A stretch of 62,000 nucleotides of DNA from positions 9,893,066 through 9,955,065 of the forward strand of contig MU058636.1 in assembly GCA_013265495.1 (NCBI GenBank). Direction: 5' to 3'. The DNA comes from Vicugna vicugna (Eukaryota). The notes beneath the pieces are model-generated. The model was not told where the DNA came from and made no database searches. It saw only the letters and a program-made list of their open reading frames with translations. Position 1 is the first letter of the stretch; each line of letters begins with the position of its first letter. The translations under genes and the position numbers were made by a program. This document shows positions 24,004-35,594 of the stretch, one piece after another.

Positions 24004-24749
24004 ATGTAGGTGGACTTTTGAAAGTGAAAAAGCAACTACACTGGGAAGGCAGAGTGAGCATTAGTTTATTTTAGGTAAATCTGACATAATGCCCTTGCAA
24101 TAGGAAAAAACTCAATCCAAGAGATACATTCTCATAATCTTCTTGTTGGAATAAACATCATCTGGTGCTGTGGCAAGTGTCTAGAACCCTGTTTGCCAAA
24201 ATACCCGATTTGACTTTGTATTTCTGAGAGTGTCAAGCTGACCCCAGCCCTGTTGTCATAACTCTGTGCTGGTTTGTTTTCCTCCAGAGCAGGACACTTA
24301 CAGCAGCATGAAACGTCTGTTTTCTTTTCCAGGACTTGTTGGCCTTCTACCAGAATATCAGTGAACTAATCTTTCTAAACACCCAACCGACATATACTTG
24401 TTGAACTTTGTACACCATTTGCAAAACACTCTACTAAGGACCGTATTTGTTCATGCTTTCCTCATTTTCTGTCTAGAGCTCTGGGTTAATTCTCTTATAA
24501 TTTTCATATTATGAGGATCAAAGAACAAATGCAACAGGGGCTCATTTTCCCTTTTATCTCCAAGAATATCTTACAGAAGAAAATGGAACCTAATACCATT
24601 TGTGAAAATATTCAAGGGCACCATGCTTCTTTTGGCCCCAAAAGCAAATTTCTGAGAGAATACACAGAATCATAGTAACGCAATATTAATCTGATTTTAA
24701 TGAGCATTTCATGACCACCTACTCTGACCTAAGTTCTAGAATATAAATC

Positions 24750-24855
24750 TTCCCAGCTTGGACAAGTTACTTACTCTTTCTAGATCTCAGTATCTTCATC
24801 TATAAAATGAGGGGAAAATAAAAGACTTGTGAAGCTCTTAGAAAGCATTTATTAC
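24750..24855 (+). mobile_element. MIR fragment
   Basis: cttggacaagttacttactctttctagatctcagtatcttcatctataaaatg. Confidence 0.7.
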
Positions 24856-26974
24856 TTCACATGATCATCTCAAAAGTCCCGTGAGGTATCTGTGACTCCC
24901 TAGTTCCTCGGGTAAAACTGAAGCTTAGCTTCCTGAGCAAAGCAGTCCACCTCAATTCTCGCAGCTGGCGAACAGCCAGGTGAAGACTCAAATCCACTTT
25001 CTTTAATTCAAAAGCTGGTGTTCTTTCCCCAGGACCAGAAAGGATTGCCTTGGGAGAATCCAAGAGCCTAAGCAATCAGTGCCAGGTTTTATTATCATTC
25101 AACTCAATTGTCCCCATCTCCGTCTGTGGACACCCTGGCCCCAGAGTTTCTTGGTATCTGTGTTTGCAGGTCAGTGCTCGGAGAACTTCACATAAACAGT
25201 TTCAAAATACAAACGCTCTGTTTCAAAGCGAAGCGAAGCCAGATTGACTTTAAAGTCAGAAAGTCCCGATCCCCCTGCTTCGTGTGCCCTGACACGCTCT
25301 GTGTGCTGGAGGTCAAGTTTTCCCAGTGATAAGGGGGACTTACCTGGGATGATCTCGAAGCACGAAAGCTGAACAGGAGGGCCCCAGAGGTCATCCGTGG
25401 AGAGATGGCCTTGACAGGGGAGCTTTATCTGAGTGGACTTGCCACCGGAAGTTAGGCGTGAGCAAATACATGCTATTTCTGCCAAAGGTCATACACCCAG
25501 CGGGGACAACACCAGGATGGCCTCTAACTATGACACGTGCAATATATTAATGTCCTGGCAGTCGGTGAAACTAAGCATCTTCCTTTGGAAAGCACAGTGG
25601 GTTTTAGTGTCTCAAAGTTCAGGATAATGTTCAGGAAAACACGGCAGCAATTCCTCCTTTTCCTCCTCTTCCTCATCCCTTCCCCACCCTCTCAAAGAAC
25701 AGTCATCAGTCCATTTAACTCAAAGCCTCTTCTGTCCTACACATTCATACTTGCTTGTTTCACTAAAACATCATAAGATGGGTCTCACACCAAGCCCTAC
25801 CAGGTGCCACTCAAGGTGATGGGCAAATCCTTTCCTATCCCTGTTTGATATAGGTGCTCTTAGAAATGGTGTCTCCTGCAGGCCCTGTCCAAGATGCTGA
25901 CGAGGAGGGCCCCCTCCTTGTGCTCCAGGTAGTTAAACATAGTGGGACAGCAGCAAGAGAAGTTTCAGGAGAAGCATCTGGAATCACTATCTAACGTACC
26001 TAATGAAGTTGGGATAAATGAACATACCCAGTGGCAAGAGGCATTTATTGTCATCCCTAAAGGAAAGCTATAACATCGCTTTAAATTAGAGCGCTCTCAT
26101 TTATTTATTTTTTTAAACATCGTGGAAAGAAAGCACTGTCTTGCAGAATGGACTAGGAAAGGCAGCAAAGTGCTGGTTCTCATGCTGGTCACGTCCTAGA
26201 GGCTCTCCTGGGAGAAAGGCGGCCAGTTTGGAGTCAGATGTGCAGAGCTACTGCAAGCCCAGCCAGGTCAGGGGACCCCTCTCCAGCTCCCCAGCCTTCC
26301 CCAGTGCTGTCCAAACGCTGTTCACCCCGCCGAGGTCAGCAAGTCCTCAGAAGCTAAGCTGAAGGGCTGGAGCTGCAGGCTGAGCCCGAGCCCCCTTGGT
26401 GCTCAGAGACCATCGCCGGGATTTCCTGGCCGCCACTGTCATCTTCACCCTCAGCCTCTTAGCTAAATGACTGCCATTCTCGGAGCCCTTCCTGAGAGCC
26501 GCCTTCTCTAATCTCCATAGCTCACCTCTAGCACACCACAGCACGCTTTCTCTTCTTTGGTAATTCAGGGCAGATTTGCAGGACACGAATTCAGCAAAAG
26601 CTTATGTCATTTTTCACACTGGCCACCTTTTGTACTTAAATTCAGGCGAAAATTGCTTAATTCTTGGCTCTTACTCTGACTGCATGGGTTTAGCCTAAAA
26701 TTCCTTGAATCATCAAAGAATTCCCAGGACCCCTCAACTGAATTCCATCCCCCACCACCCCTGCCCCCGTGTGAGTACCCGTGCTATATCCCCAACTAGA
26801 GAGGAAGAAGGATCTACTTACAGAACCCAGGAAAGGAGGAGAAGCTCCCCTGATACCAGCAAGGTATGAAATAGATGATGCCATTGCTGGATTTAGTACG
26901 TGAAGCTAGTGTAAATTCATCAGAATGGAGAGGTGAGACTCCTGGGTTCTAGCTCCGTCCCCACCACATAAAAA

Positions 26975-27065
26975 GCAATGGATTCTTAATCTTTTTTTTT
27001 TGCCTCATGGACCCCTTTGAAGACCTGTTAAGTGCTTTGGAACCTTAATCATACACATACAGAAT
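26975..27065. mobile_element. hAT-Charlie MITE end (MER103C/MER119-like)
   Basis: ttcttaatcttttttttttgcctcatggacccctttgaagacctg. Confidence 0.55.
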
Positions 27066-27877
27066 CTGAGGAAGCAGATGACAGAGCCTGCCTGCAGGAC
27101 GATAATCGTCCCGCCCCACCCCCAGTCTGTCTCTACAGTCTTTTCCAGAACTAACACCCACAGGTTCCACTGATGTTGCATTAGGAGGGAAACAGTCTAG
27201 CAAGCTATATTTTAATGTTCAAAATGCTCATTGTCCCTTATGACCTTGAGAGTAAAGCCAGAACAGTACTGGGAAGTTTAATCAACTGGTAGCTCCGTCT
27301 TGTCTTCGGCTTTCATGAAAGGCTGAAATTATCCTCTGTGCCTCAGAGCGTTGCTGCAGTTCCATAAGGTTTCTGTCCTAGCAATCTAGCAATTCATCAA
27401 TCTGTTTACATACTGATGTTATACTTAGATTGATATTTAACTCCCAGAATCAGGGCCTTGCAAAAGATTTATAAATGACTGCACTAATATAATAGATTTT
27501 GCACTAAACGGAAAGTAGTAATCATTGAGTTACAAATCATGGCCCCTTTCTTTTTATTTACACATACATAACCACATATTTACACACACGCACGTAGAGC
27601 TGGCTATGTCAGAGTCCCCGACATTGACAAGTATGTCAAATACTGAATGTTATTTATTAAACAGCAACTAAAGTTCTGGATATAAACAGCCTCATAAAAA
27701 AAATGCACATAAAGAAAATACATAGCTATCAACACACACAATAAAAAGTGTGCACTTATCACTCTCTTTTTCTGCTTGTTCTTATTTCATGGTAAATGTC
27801 ACAGTGGTATTTAAAATCTGTCAAGAGACATCAACCATGTATGAAATAAACAGACTTTTTTTTTTGTATTCCTATAG

Positions 27878-30420
27878 TATCATAGAATCTTAAAGCTGGA
27901 AAAGATTTGAAAGAATGTTTACCCTGGCTTCCAACCCAATACAGGAATCACCTCTTTTACAACCTTGACAGATGGCTCTGCAGGCCTCTGCTTGATTACT
28001 CCTAGTGACGGGGAACTCACTTCTTTACTGATTTAGATGTCAGGAAGATCTTCCGTGTATCAAGCCAAAATAGGTTCCCAGTAATTTCCACGGCAGATCT
28101 AAAAGCAAACTTGTCTTTCTTCCTCTTCAAACTAGTTCCTTCTTTTATGTCTCCCATGCTAACTAATAGAACCTCTGATCAGCCTCTTGGAAACCAGGTC
28201 CCACACATCCCTCTTTTCCCCATTCATTGGTTACCAAACCCAGGTGAGTCTGTCTTGCTAAAATGTCCTCTTAAGTCTGATGCCTTCCTTCCGTCCCAAA
28301 GATTTATCACCTCTTCCTTGAATTATTGCAATGGCCAATACCTAATCTCTCAGTCTCTAATCTCACCCTATATGGGTCACCACCCAAATAGAATACAGGT
28401 GTTCACTCTGTAAAACCCTACACTGAAGCCCCATAACACCAGAGAATGCAGCTCCCCTCCCGTCCGTGATGGGGCTCTGGCTCGGTGCCTCTAGTGTGTC
28501 TCCATGCTCTGCCTAATGCAAGTCCAGCCCTAAGGAACCGCTTCTGGTGAGTTCCCTGAACATGGAACAATAATTCATATCGCTATGCTTTCCTGAACTT
28601 TGCTACTTTGCCTGAAACACTGTCGCCCCTCGATCTACCTGCTGAAGGTCCACCGACCCTTCCGCACTCGCCCCAGCATCCCATCCCGCCCGACCACAGG
28701 CCGAGCTGGGCCCCGGCCTCTGTGGGCCTCCGCTGAGCTTCCTGTCCATCTCGGTCACAACGACTGCCGCTCTTAGTGACGCCGACTGAAATGCACGCTT
28801 CCGCGCTGGAATGGGAGCCCCAGGAAGTCACCCGTGCTGGAGCCCCGGGGACAGTAAGGGGTCCCTAATTGTCTGTAGCTCGGCTCAGCGGGTCTCCACC
28901 TGTTTGTTGTAGGAACAAAGGCAAGGAGGAAAGAAGGAGGGAAGGAAGGAAATAGGGAAAGAAGGATGGAAGGAGAATAAGTTCTCTTCTCGAACAACAG
29001 CCGTTAACATTCAGAGACAGCCAATCCTACTCTGAATTTTGAAAATCACCCTAAAATGCAGCGCTTCCCTAGATTCCACATTCTTCAATTATTTTTCATA
29101 ATTTACTGCTTATAGACATTTTACTCTTCTGATAGCCCTCCCTGCATAAGCTCTAGAGCTGAACAACATATTCCACATGTGTCCCAACCAGTGAGGAAAC
29201 TGTACGTTTGGCCGTAACTGGAAGACTCCTCAAGCAAGTTACTCGGCGCCTTTTGCAGCTAAACGCTCCCCACCTCGTTTTTTCCCCATGAATTGCTCAC
29301 ATGCCTTGATGTCCCAGGTCTACCCTGTGCAGTACCTGTACCTCCTTCTCTAAAACCTTTACCACCCACCCTCCCCTCCTTCCTCTACTGAAGCCGGGAT
29401 GGTTAGAGTCTCTCCTTCTAGGTATTGAAGTAAGAGAACCGGGAACACAGCCAGATGGTGCTGGTCCTTGAACGCTCAGGTTAGAAAGGCAAGACCAGGG
29501 CAGCACACCGAGGAGCAAGCACAGGAAGTCAGGTAACAGGAAGAAGTGAGCTAGTGGGCCAGACAGAGACAAGGTCAGGTCAAAGGTCTCCCAGGGAGAA
29601 GGAGAGAAAGAAGACAGAGCAGGCCTGGGGAAGGGACGGGGGGAGGGACTGTCTCAGACGGCGAGGGTCTGATTTCATGAGATCCGCTTGGGCTTTGTCC
29701 CTGTGAGGTGACTCTGTGACCTCCCACTAACCAGCAGCCACTGCCCCTCACCCAGGACACACTCCCAAGCACAGGCAATGCACTCAGCTTTGTTTCCTTG
29801 AAGCCAGACAGACTTCCCTAGGATTTCTAGCCTCCTGATTTTCATATTTCAGGGAACAAACATTATGTTTACTCCTATGCAATTTAATTTTTTTGTATTT
29901 ATCCATCATTCCAGTGTTATAAAATTTCAGATGGACATTTCATAAAATCTTTCATTGAACCTTTAGGAAATCTGTTCCCTGCATCTTTCAGGCTAGTGAC
30001 TATGGAAAGAAAGAAAATGAGGCTTGTGTGGCCTGGTCTTCAAAAACCCTTGAGGAGGGTTCCTCAGAATGACCTCTGACTCTTCTAAACATCTGCAGGT
30101 CATCTGTTTAATTATCTAACCTAAGACATTTTCTCATTTCCGGTCTTCCACACCTTTCGCATTCTCCATGATTCTCCAGGTATTTTCGTGGTGTCCCATC
30201 AAATTGCTTTATCTTGTCCCTGTTACCTTTGTTCCACCCTTTCTTGCTTGAAAATCACTTTTTCTCATGATTGAAAAAGTGGAATGCACATAGAAATAGA
30301 AAAATGTGTTTTGTTTGGGGCAACATTACCCCTCACAGCCCAGGTATGAGATTACCACCTTCATGTTCTATTCTTAAGATAGTCCAGATCTGTTTCTTTC
30401 TCAGCCTGAGGAAGCTAGGA
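27878..30420 (-). mobile_element. L3/CR1 LINE relic in several pieces (~27878-28100, 28985-29200, 29855-30200, 30330-30420)
   Basis: atcatagaatcttaaagctggaaaag (CR1 3' end), gcctctgcttgattactcctagtgacggggaactcac and ctgaacaacatattccacatgtg; ~30125-30180 reverse complement resembles the CR1 ORF2 'SWRTGEVPEDWR' coding stretch. Confidence 0.7.
28110..28975 (+). mobile_element. L2 fragment nested inside the L3/CR1 relic
   Basis: ttatcacctcttccttgaattattgcaatggcc...tttgcctgaaacact...tgtttgttg followed by a purine-rich (GGAA)-like tail. Confidence 0.65.
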
Positions 30421-30612
30421 TTATCTCTATCAACTTCTGAGTCTATCATTATGAAACATAAAAGTCCCCTAAGTTAGCCAAAAGGAAGTTTATTTAACCT
30501 AAATGACCCTGAGGAATTTGTCAGTAAATAGTCTACACACAGGCTCTGTATTCTTCCTTATCTATTAAGAAACAGTTACCGATTTTTTTAAAAAAAATTC
30601 ATCCAGTACCCA

Positions 30613-30638
30613 CAGGTGACCTGCACTGGGGTCACCTG
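30613..30638. promoter_or_regulatory. Candidate ER6 nuclear-receptor element within inverted E-boxes
   Basis: caggTGACCTgcactgGGGTCAcctg: half-sites everted with a 6-nt spacer; 9-bp perfect inverted repeat. Confidence 0.4.
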
Positions 30639-30944
30639 GACATGTTCCTTTACCACGACAGCCTTAGGCCCAGTAAATCCATGGTTGCTTCCATGTACTT
30701 ACACTCTTCTCCAGGGGCCCAGAAGAACAGAGTTAATTTAATTTCTATCCGACAAATGTCCTCAGTGAAAACAGTAACAGTCTTCAGCTCCAACTGGCCC
30801 ATGTTTAGCGGACAGGTCTGAACCTGACCGCCTGGAGTGGGGAACGGACTCTTCCCTCTCCCCAGGGGCCCCCAAGTCTCTCGGCCTCTGAGGCGCATCT
30901 GGAACTCAACTTAAATACATCGCTTAAAACCAAACGTCTACTGA

Positions 30945-31510
30945 ACAGGCATGTACATATGAAATTCTTCACCAAAGGTTTTAGCTTTGTTTATAATCAC
31001 CAAGATATGCAAACATCCCAGGGTCCTTTATCCTGTCACTATCCTGGTGAATGGATACAGAGACCTGCCCCACGTGGTGCACTGGACAGCTTACTTCGAA
31101 GCACTAAGAAGGAACCACCTGCTGACACAATGAACGCATTGAACGACACAATGAATCTCAAACGCATCATGCTGAGTGAAAGAAGCCAGACCTAAAAAAA
31201 CGACATACCTTATGATTGCGTTTATGTGACATTCCGCAAAAGGCAAAACTATAGGGGCAGAAAAACTAGTTGATGGTTCCAGGGCTGGGAAGTGGGGAGA
31301 GGCTGCCTACAAAAGGGTGAATAAGGCATTTCAGAAGCTGATGGAACTGTTCTACATGTGGATCATGGTGCTGGTCACACAGGAAATGTGTTTGCCAAAA
31401 TTCATAGATCTGTACACTAAAAAGAGTGAATTTTAGTATATGTAAATTACCCTCAATAAATTTGACCAAAAATAATGTTAAATGAAATTTTTTGTAAAAA
31501 GAAGAAAAAA
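30945..31510 (+). mobile_element. Old L1 (L1MB/L1ME-type) 3' end
   Basis: atgaatctcaaacgcatcatgctgagtgaaagaagccagac...aaaaggcaaaactatagg...caaaattcatagatctgtacactaaaaagagtgaatttt...cctcaataaa. Confidence 0.85.
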
Positions 31511-32046
31511 AGTAGCCAAGTGGGATTATTCTACTCTTAACCCCGGTGCTCAGGGGAACAGGGCATCATTCTGATTATTATTTTTGGCAAGGATTACAGG
31601 GTGATAACAAACGCGTCCCTGGGACAGAGTCAGCCTGTCTCTCCCACAGCAAAGCAGAAGGCAGCTTTCCAACTTCTATGGAAAAGGGGGAGGGAAGAAA
31701 AAGGTGGCAGGAGGCACGAGCTTCCTGATGGCTTGACTTTCCATCGTTGCTCTGGGTTTTACGGGACCAGTGGGAATGAAGCAAGGGCACGAACTATGAG
31801 TGAAATAAAGCAAACCAACTGCCTTTCCAACCTTATATTTTTCATCCCATCGCTCAAGTAGTGGCCAGTTTAACCTTTAAGTATGCCTGTGCCCAGACTG
31901 TATGTTCCAAGGGCAGAACCTTAAGAATCTCTTGACTTGGCCCAAATCCTCTTTACAGTGTTAAAATAAGTACAATAAACTCTGCAGAAATGATCAGCCA
32001 GGAGTTGTGCTTAGAATCACTGAAACTGTTTCAAGTCTAACAGCCG

Positions 32047-32330
32047 GTCATTCAATCAACAAACATTTATTGAGCACCTCCTGGGTGCCAAGATCTGCCT
32101 GAGGGAGCAAGGCACTCGCTACAAATATACATCCTGGTTCCTGGCCTCAACAAGTTTGGGGCCAAATTGGGAGACAAATACATACACAAATGACCCCAGG
32201 GCTATGTAATAAGGGTGAGAGGAGGGATGCAAAGTCACTACCACGTGGAGGGAAGAGTGATCAAAGCAGCGAGGGGTGGGGAGGTGCTCAGGCTAGGGAA
32301 GAAAATTCCCTGAGGACAGAGCTTCCGCAC
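32047..32330 (-). mobile_element. L2 3' end
   Basis: tcattcaatcaacaaacatttattgagcacctcctgggtgcca. Confidence 0.8.
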
Positions 32331-33339
32331 GGCCCTGCAAGATGCGCTGAAACTGACAGAACCAGGAGTCCCCTGTTCATTGCATTTTCGCTTCTGCAGA
32401 ATTCTCAACTCGAAGAGCACTGAATTTTCCACCGAGTGGGCTGCCAATGCAATTTTTCCATGAAAATGTATACGCAGACATAGATACACACATTTGCTCT
32501 CCTCGGTCTTGTCAGATTGATGGCAATTATTTTTCTGTCCTGTCTTCTCAGGTCATGAGATCTAAATTCCAAAGGAGTAAAAAGCAAGTGTGCCTCATGT
32601 CTGTGATTTGCAGCACTCCAGGGAAAGGCTGAGGGTGGTAAGTGAATAACAATGAACAATATTTTCCCATCTGATTGGCAGATCATATGGTGTTTGCTCT
32701 TTAGAATTAATTTAGCTTTCTAGGAAGGTTATCTTTGCACACTTTCCAGGGTCCCCTGATATAAATAGACGAAGCAGTAAGGAGGAAGTCAGAACAAGCG
32801 TGCATTTGTCTGGAACGTGGTGACAACTGTGCGGAGTGGAGGAACACAAATAAATACAAGAAAACAACAATTAACAGAAAGCTCTAGGACACAGCTAGTC
32901 ACCACAGTATCTTCCTCATATCAACTGGTTGCTCAGAAAAAGGCTAAACTAGAAATTCAGGTCAAGGTCAGGGAGAAGCTATAGTTTGCAGTAATTTGGC
33001 TCTCTGACTTTTTTTTAAAAAATCAGTTCAGGTTTAGCAAATTTCTTTCATAAAGTAAGAAAAAAGAAACACCCCCCCCCAACTGTTAGTCAATATGAGA
33101 AATGGGTCCAGTTTCAAAGGTGCCTGGAGCAAACACTTGCCAATGGCAGGCTGGGGCTCATGATGAATATTTAGCAACCTAAATACATTAGTTCCTTTCT
33201 TCTTCTTCTTCTTCTTTTTTTTTGTCAGGAGTATGGAAAAAATGCTCATAGCCTGACAAAACTTACCTTTTTTTAATTTGTAAAGCTGAATTAACAATAT
33301 GCCTTTCTTGCTGTCGATTCTGCTAAACCAAAGGGAGAT

Positions 33340-33433
33340 AGGGTGAACAGTGTGCCCTGATTTGCCCAGAATTCTAAGCCTTAGCGTTGGGAGAGCCCTC
33401 GGCCCTGGACAGGCCACGTTGTTTGGTCACCTG
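33340..33433. mobile_element. MER94-like hAT-Blackjack MITE
   Basis: Termini agggtgaac... and ...ttggtcacct with internal ccctgatttgcccag. Confidence 0.65.
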
Positions 33434-33749
33434 AAGGGAAAATGAATCCCCAAACACGATTAGCCATATTCTGACTGAAGAAATTCCCAGACGGAAGGGG
33501 TTATTTGTCAATAGGTCAAAGCCCTGTACCTGCCCAGCGACTGACTTGGCCTGTTCTGTCTCCTTCTTTTACACATGAAATGTGGGCCTGTGATGGGAAG
33601 GTGAACAAAAGCAGCAAACACTTCTGTTCCCACCTAAGTTCTCAGGGCAGCGCCTGCTTTCCCACGGCCAGCTCAGTTACCTGCAGGTAGACAAGGCTGA
33701 TCAAGTTCTTAGTAAACGCCAGTCACATCCGCCTGCAGACCATGCGCTG

Positions 33750-33932
33750 GGCCTTTCCAACAGGCTTAAAGATCGTTCCCCTCGCATCTCCCGGGAACTT
33801 ACTAGACATGCAAATCATCAGGGCCCCCGCATCAGACTGAATCAGAAGTTGGAGCAGGGGCCCAGCCAGCTGAGTTTTCACAAGTTCTCCACGTGACTCA
33901 GATGCGGACACAAGCTGGAGGAACACCACTCT
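33750..33932. mobile_element. MER5A hAT-Charlie MITE
   Basis: gcatctcccgggaacttactagacatgcaaat...actgaatcagaa...ggggcccagc...ttttcacaag...caccact. Confidence 0.8.
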
Positions 33933-35594
33933 AGAGACTGATCTCAAAAGGTCAGCTGTGATAGGAGGACCCGATGTCCCCATCACGGGTGAAAAGAACC
34001 AAGTCAGAGTGTAGTACATGAGTTAAAAGAATTTTTATTGCAGTTACAACAAAGGCTAAACATAATTTTCTTTTCTAACTAACGTACATCGCTATGAGGT
34101 AGTCTGTTTTTACCATTAGCTTCATCTCAGGTTCAGATTAATGATTTTCTCATTCCCTAAATCTCCAAAAAAGTCAGAGGACAACTACAACCCAAATTTG
34201 GGAAAGAGAATAAAACAATTACTATTTTAATTGCAAAGGATCCCCAGCAAATATTGATCCATGGCACAACTATGCGCTGGGGGTAGAAACTGATATCCTT
34301 AAGGATAAAAGCATCACTAAACTGTGAAAGAAAGTGATCAGATGTCACTCTTCCCCTCCTCTCTCTCTGTCCACACCCCAGTCCTCACCACACCCTTCCC
34401 TCTTTCCCCTCTAGAAGCAGAAATTGATTCTAGGAAAGCACAGTTTCCTCCAATGCTGACCCAGTTAGGTCAGTGACATCTCTCGGGAAGGTCTGTGGTC
34501 TCTGTCCTCCCGGATAAACCCCATTCAGGGTTGCCCAGCAGCCTGGCTTTCTGGCCTTGAGAAATGGTGATAGATTCATTTAGAATCAGGGGCTACGAGC
34601 TTGCGAGCTCAGGTGCTGCAGAAATGGCAGGTGTTTGGAGCTGACTTGACAGCAATTAAATGTACAAATCTTTGATTAGGCTCCCGGGAATGGAGTCATT
34701 AGCAACCCAGAACGGACCAGCTTGGTTTCCACCGCCTCATTAGCTGCTCCACCGATGTTACTTTAAAAAGCCGAGGGGAGGGGGAAGAAGTCCTCTCCAG
34801 CACAGAATTAGGAAAGTTGAGTGACAAAGCTGGGAGGGAGGGGAGGAAGCCCGTGTAAGCATTTCTAGCTGAACAAACAGGTCCCCTGCTTTTTTGCAGG
34901 CTGGTCGCTGACATGCGCATGCGTGTTTGCTGGACTGTGAAATAGCCCCATACCTGCCTGATTAATCTGCCCCAAAGGGCTTTTCTTTTGAATATGCTTT
35001 TTCAAAATCCTTAGTTGATTCATTCTTTCCAGCCAAAGCCTCAGTGCGGCAGGAGCCTTCCTCCAGGGTGCAGAGGACAAATGGACCAGATCTTGGTTGC
35101 AGATCTGCTGCAGAGCTCCCTCTACCTTCCCCAGTGGCGGGTCTTGGGGTCCACATCTATCTTTTGGGGGCCACAGAATCTTAAGTGTCAATATTTATTC
35201 AGCTCCTGTTGCATGGTCCCAGCTCCTTCTGTGATCTGGGTTGATAGCTACCTTGTGGATTTCCCCCACGTTATTAGAGAGCTAGAGGCTGGCAAAAACC
35301 AACCATGCAAGGTAAATAATCTTCTCGACCGGGAGCTCTAAAACCAAAGGGAAATGTATCTCACAGCCTTAATGTAAAATCCTGTATGACCATTTATTTG
35401 ATATGAGTCTAATTCATTGTGTAATTTACATTTTTATCTTTCTCAATCTGCCAGTCACTGGATTAATATTTATAAAGCCCTTGCCACAAATATTTATTGA
35501 TCACCTATTATAAACCTCAGACTAATTGCTGCGGGGTGGTCTGTCCATGACTTTGGAATCTGTAAGAAGGAACCATCATACACACTTTCCCCCA

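Noticed and set aside
24270..24410. Coding exon after strong acceptors (ttttcctccag, ttttcttttccag)
   Set aside because: No matching donor nearby, and the frame I translated closes within ~25 codons with no recognisable homology.
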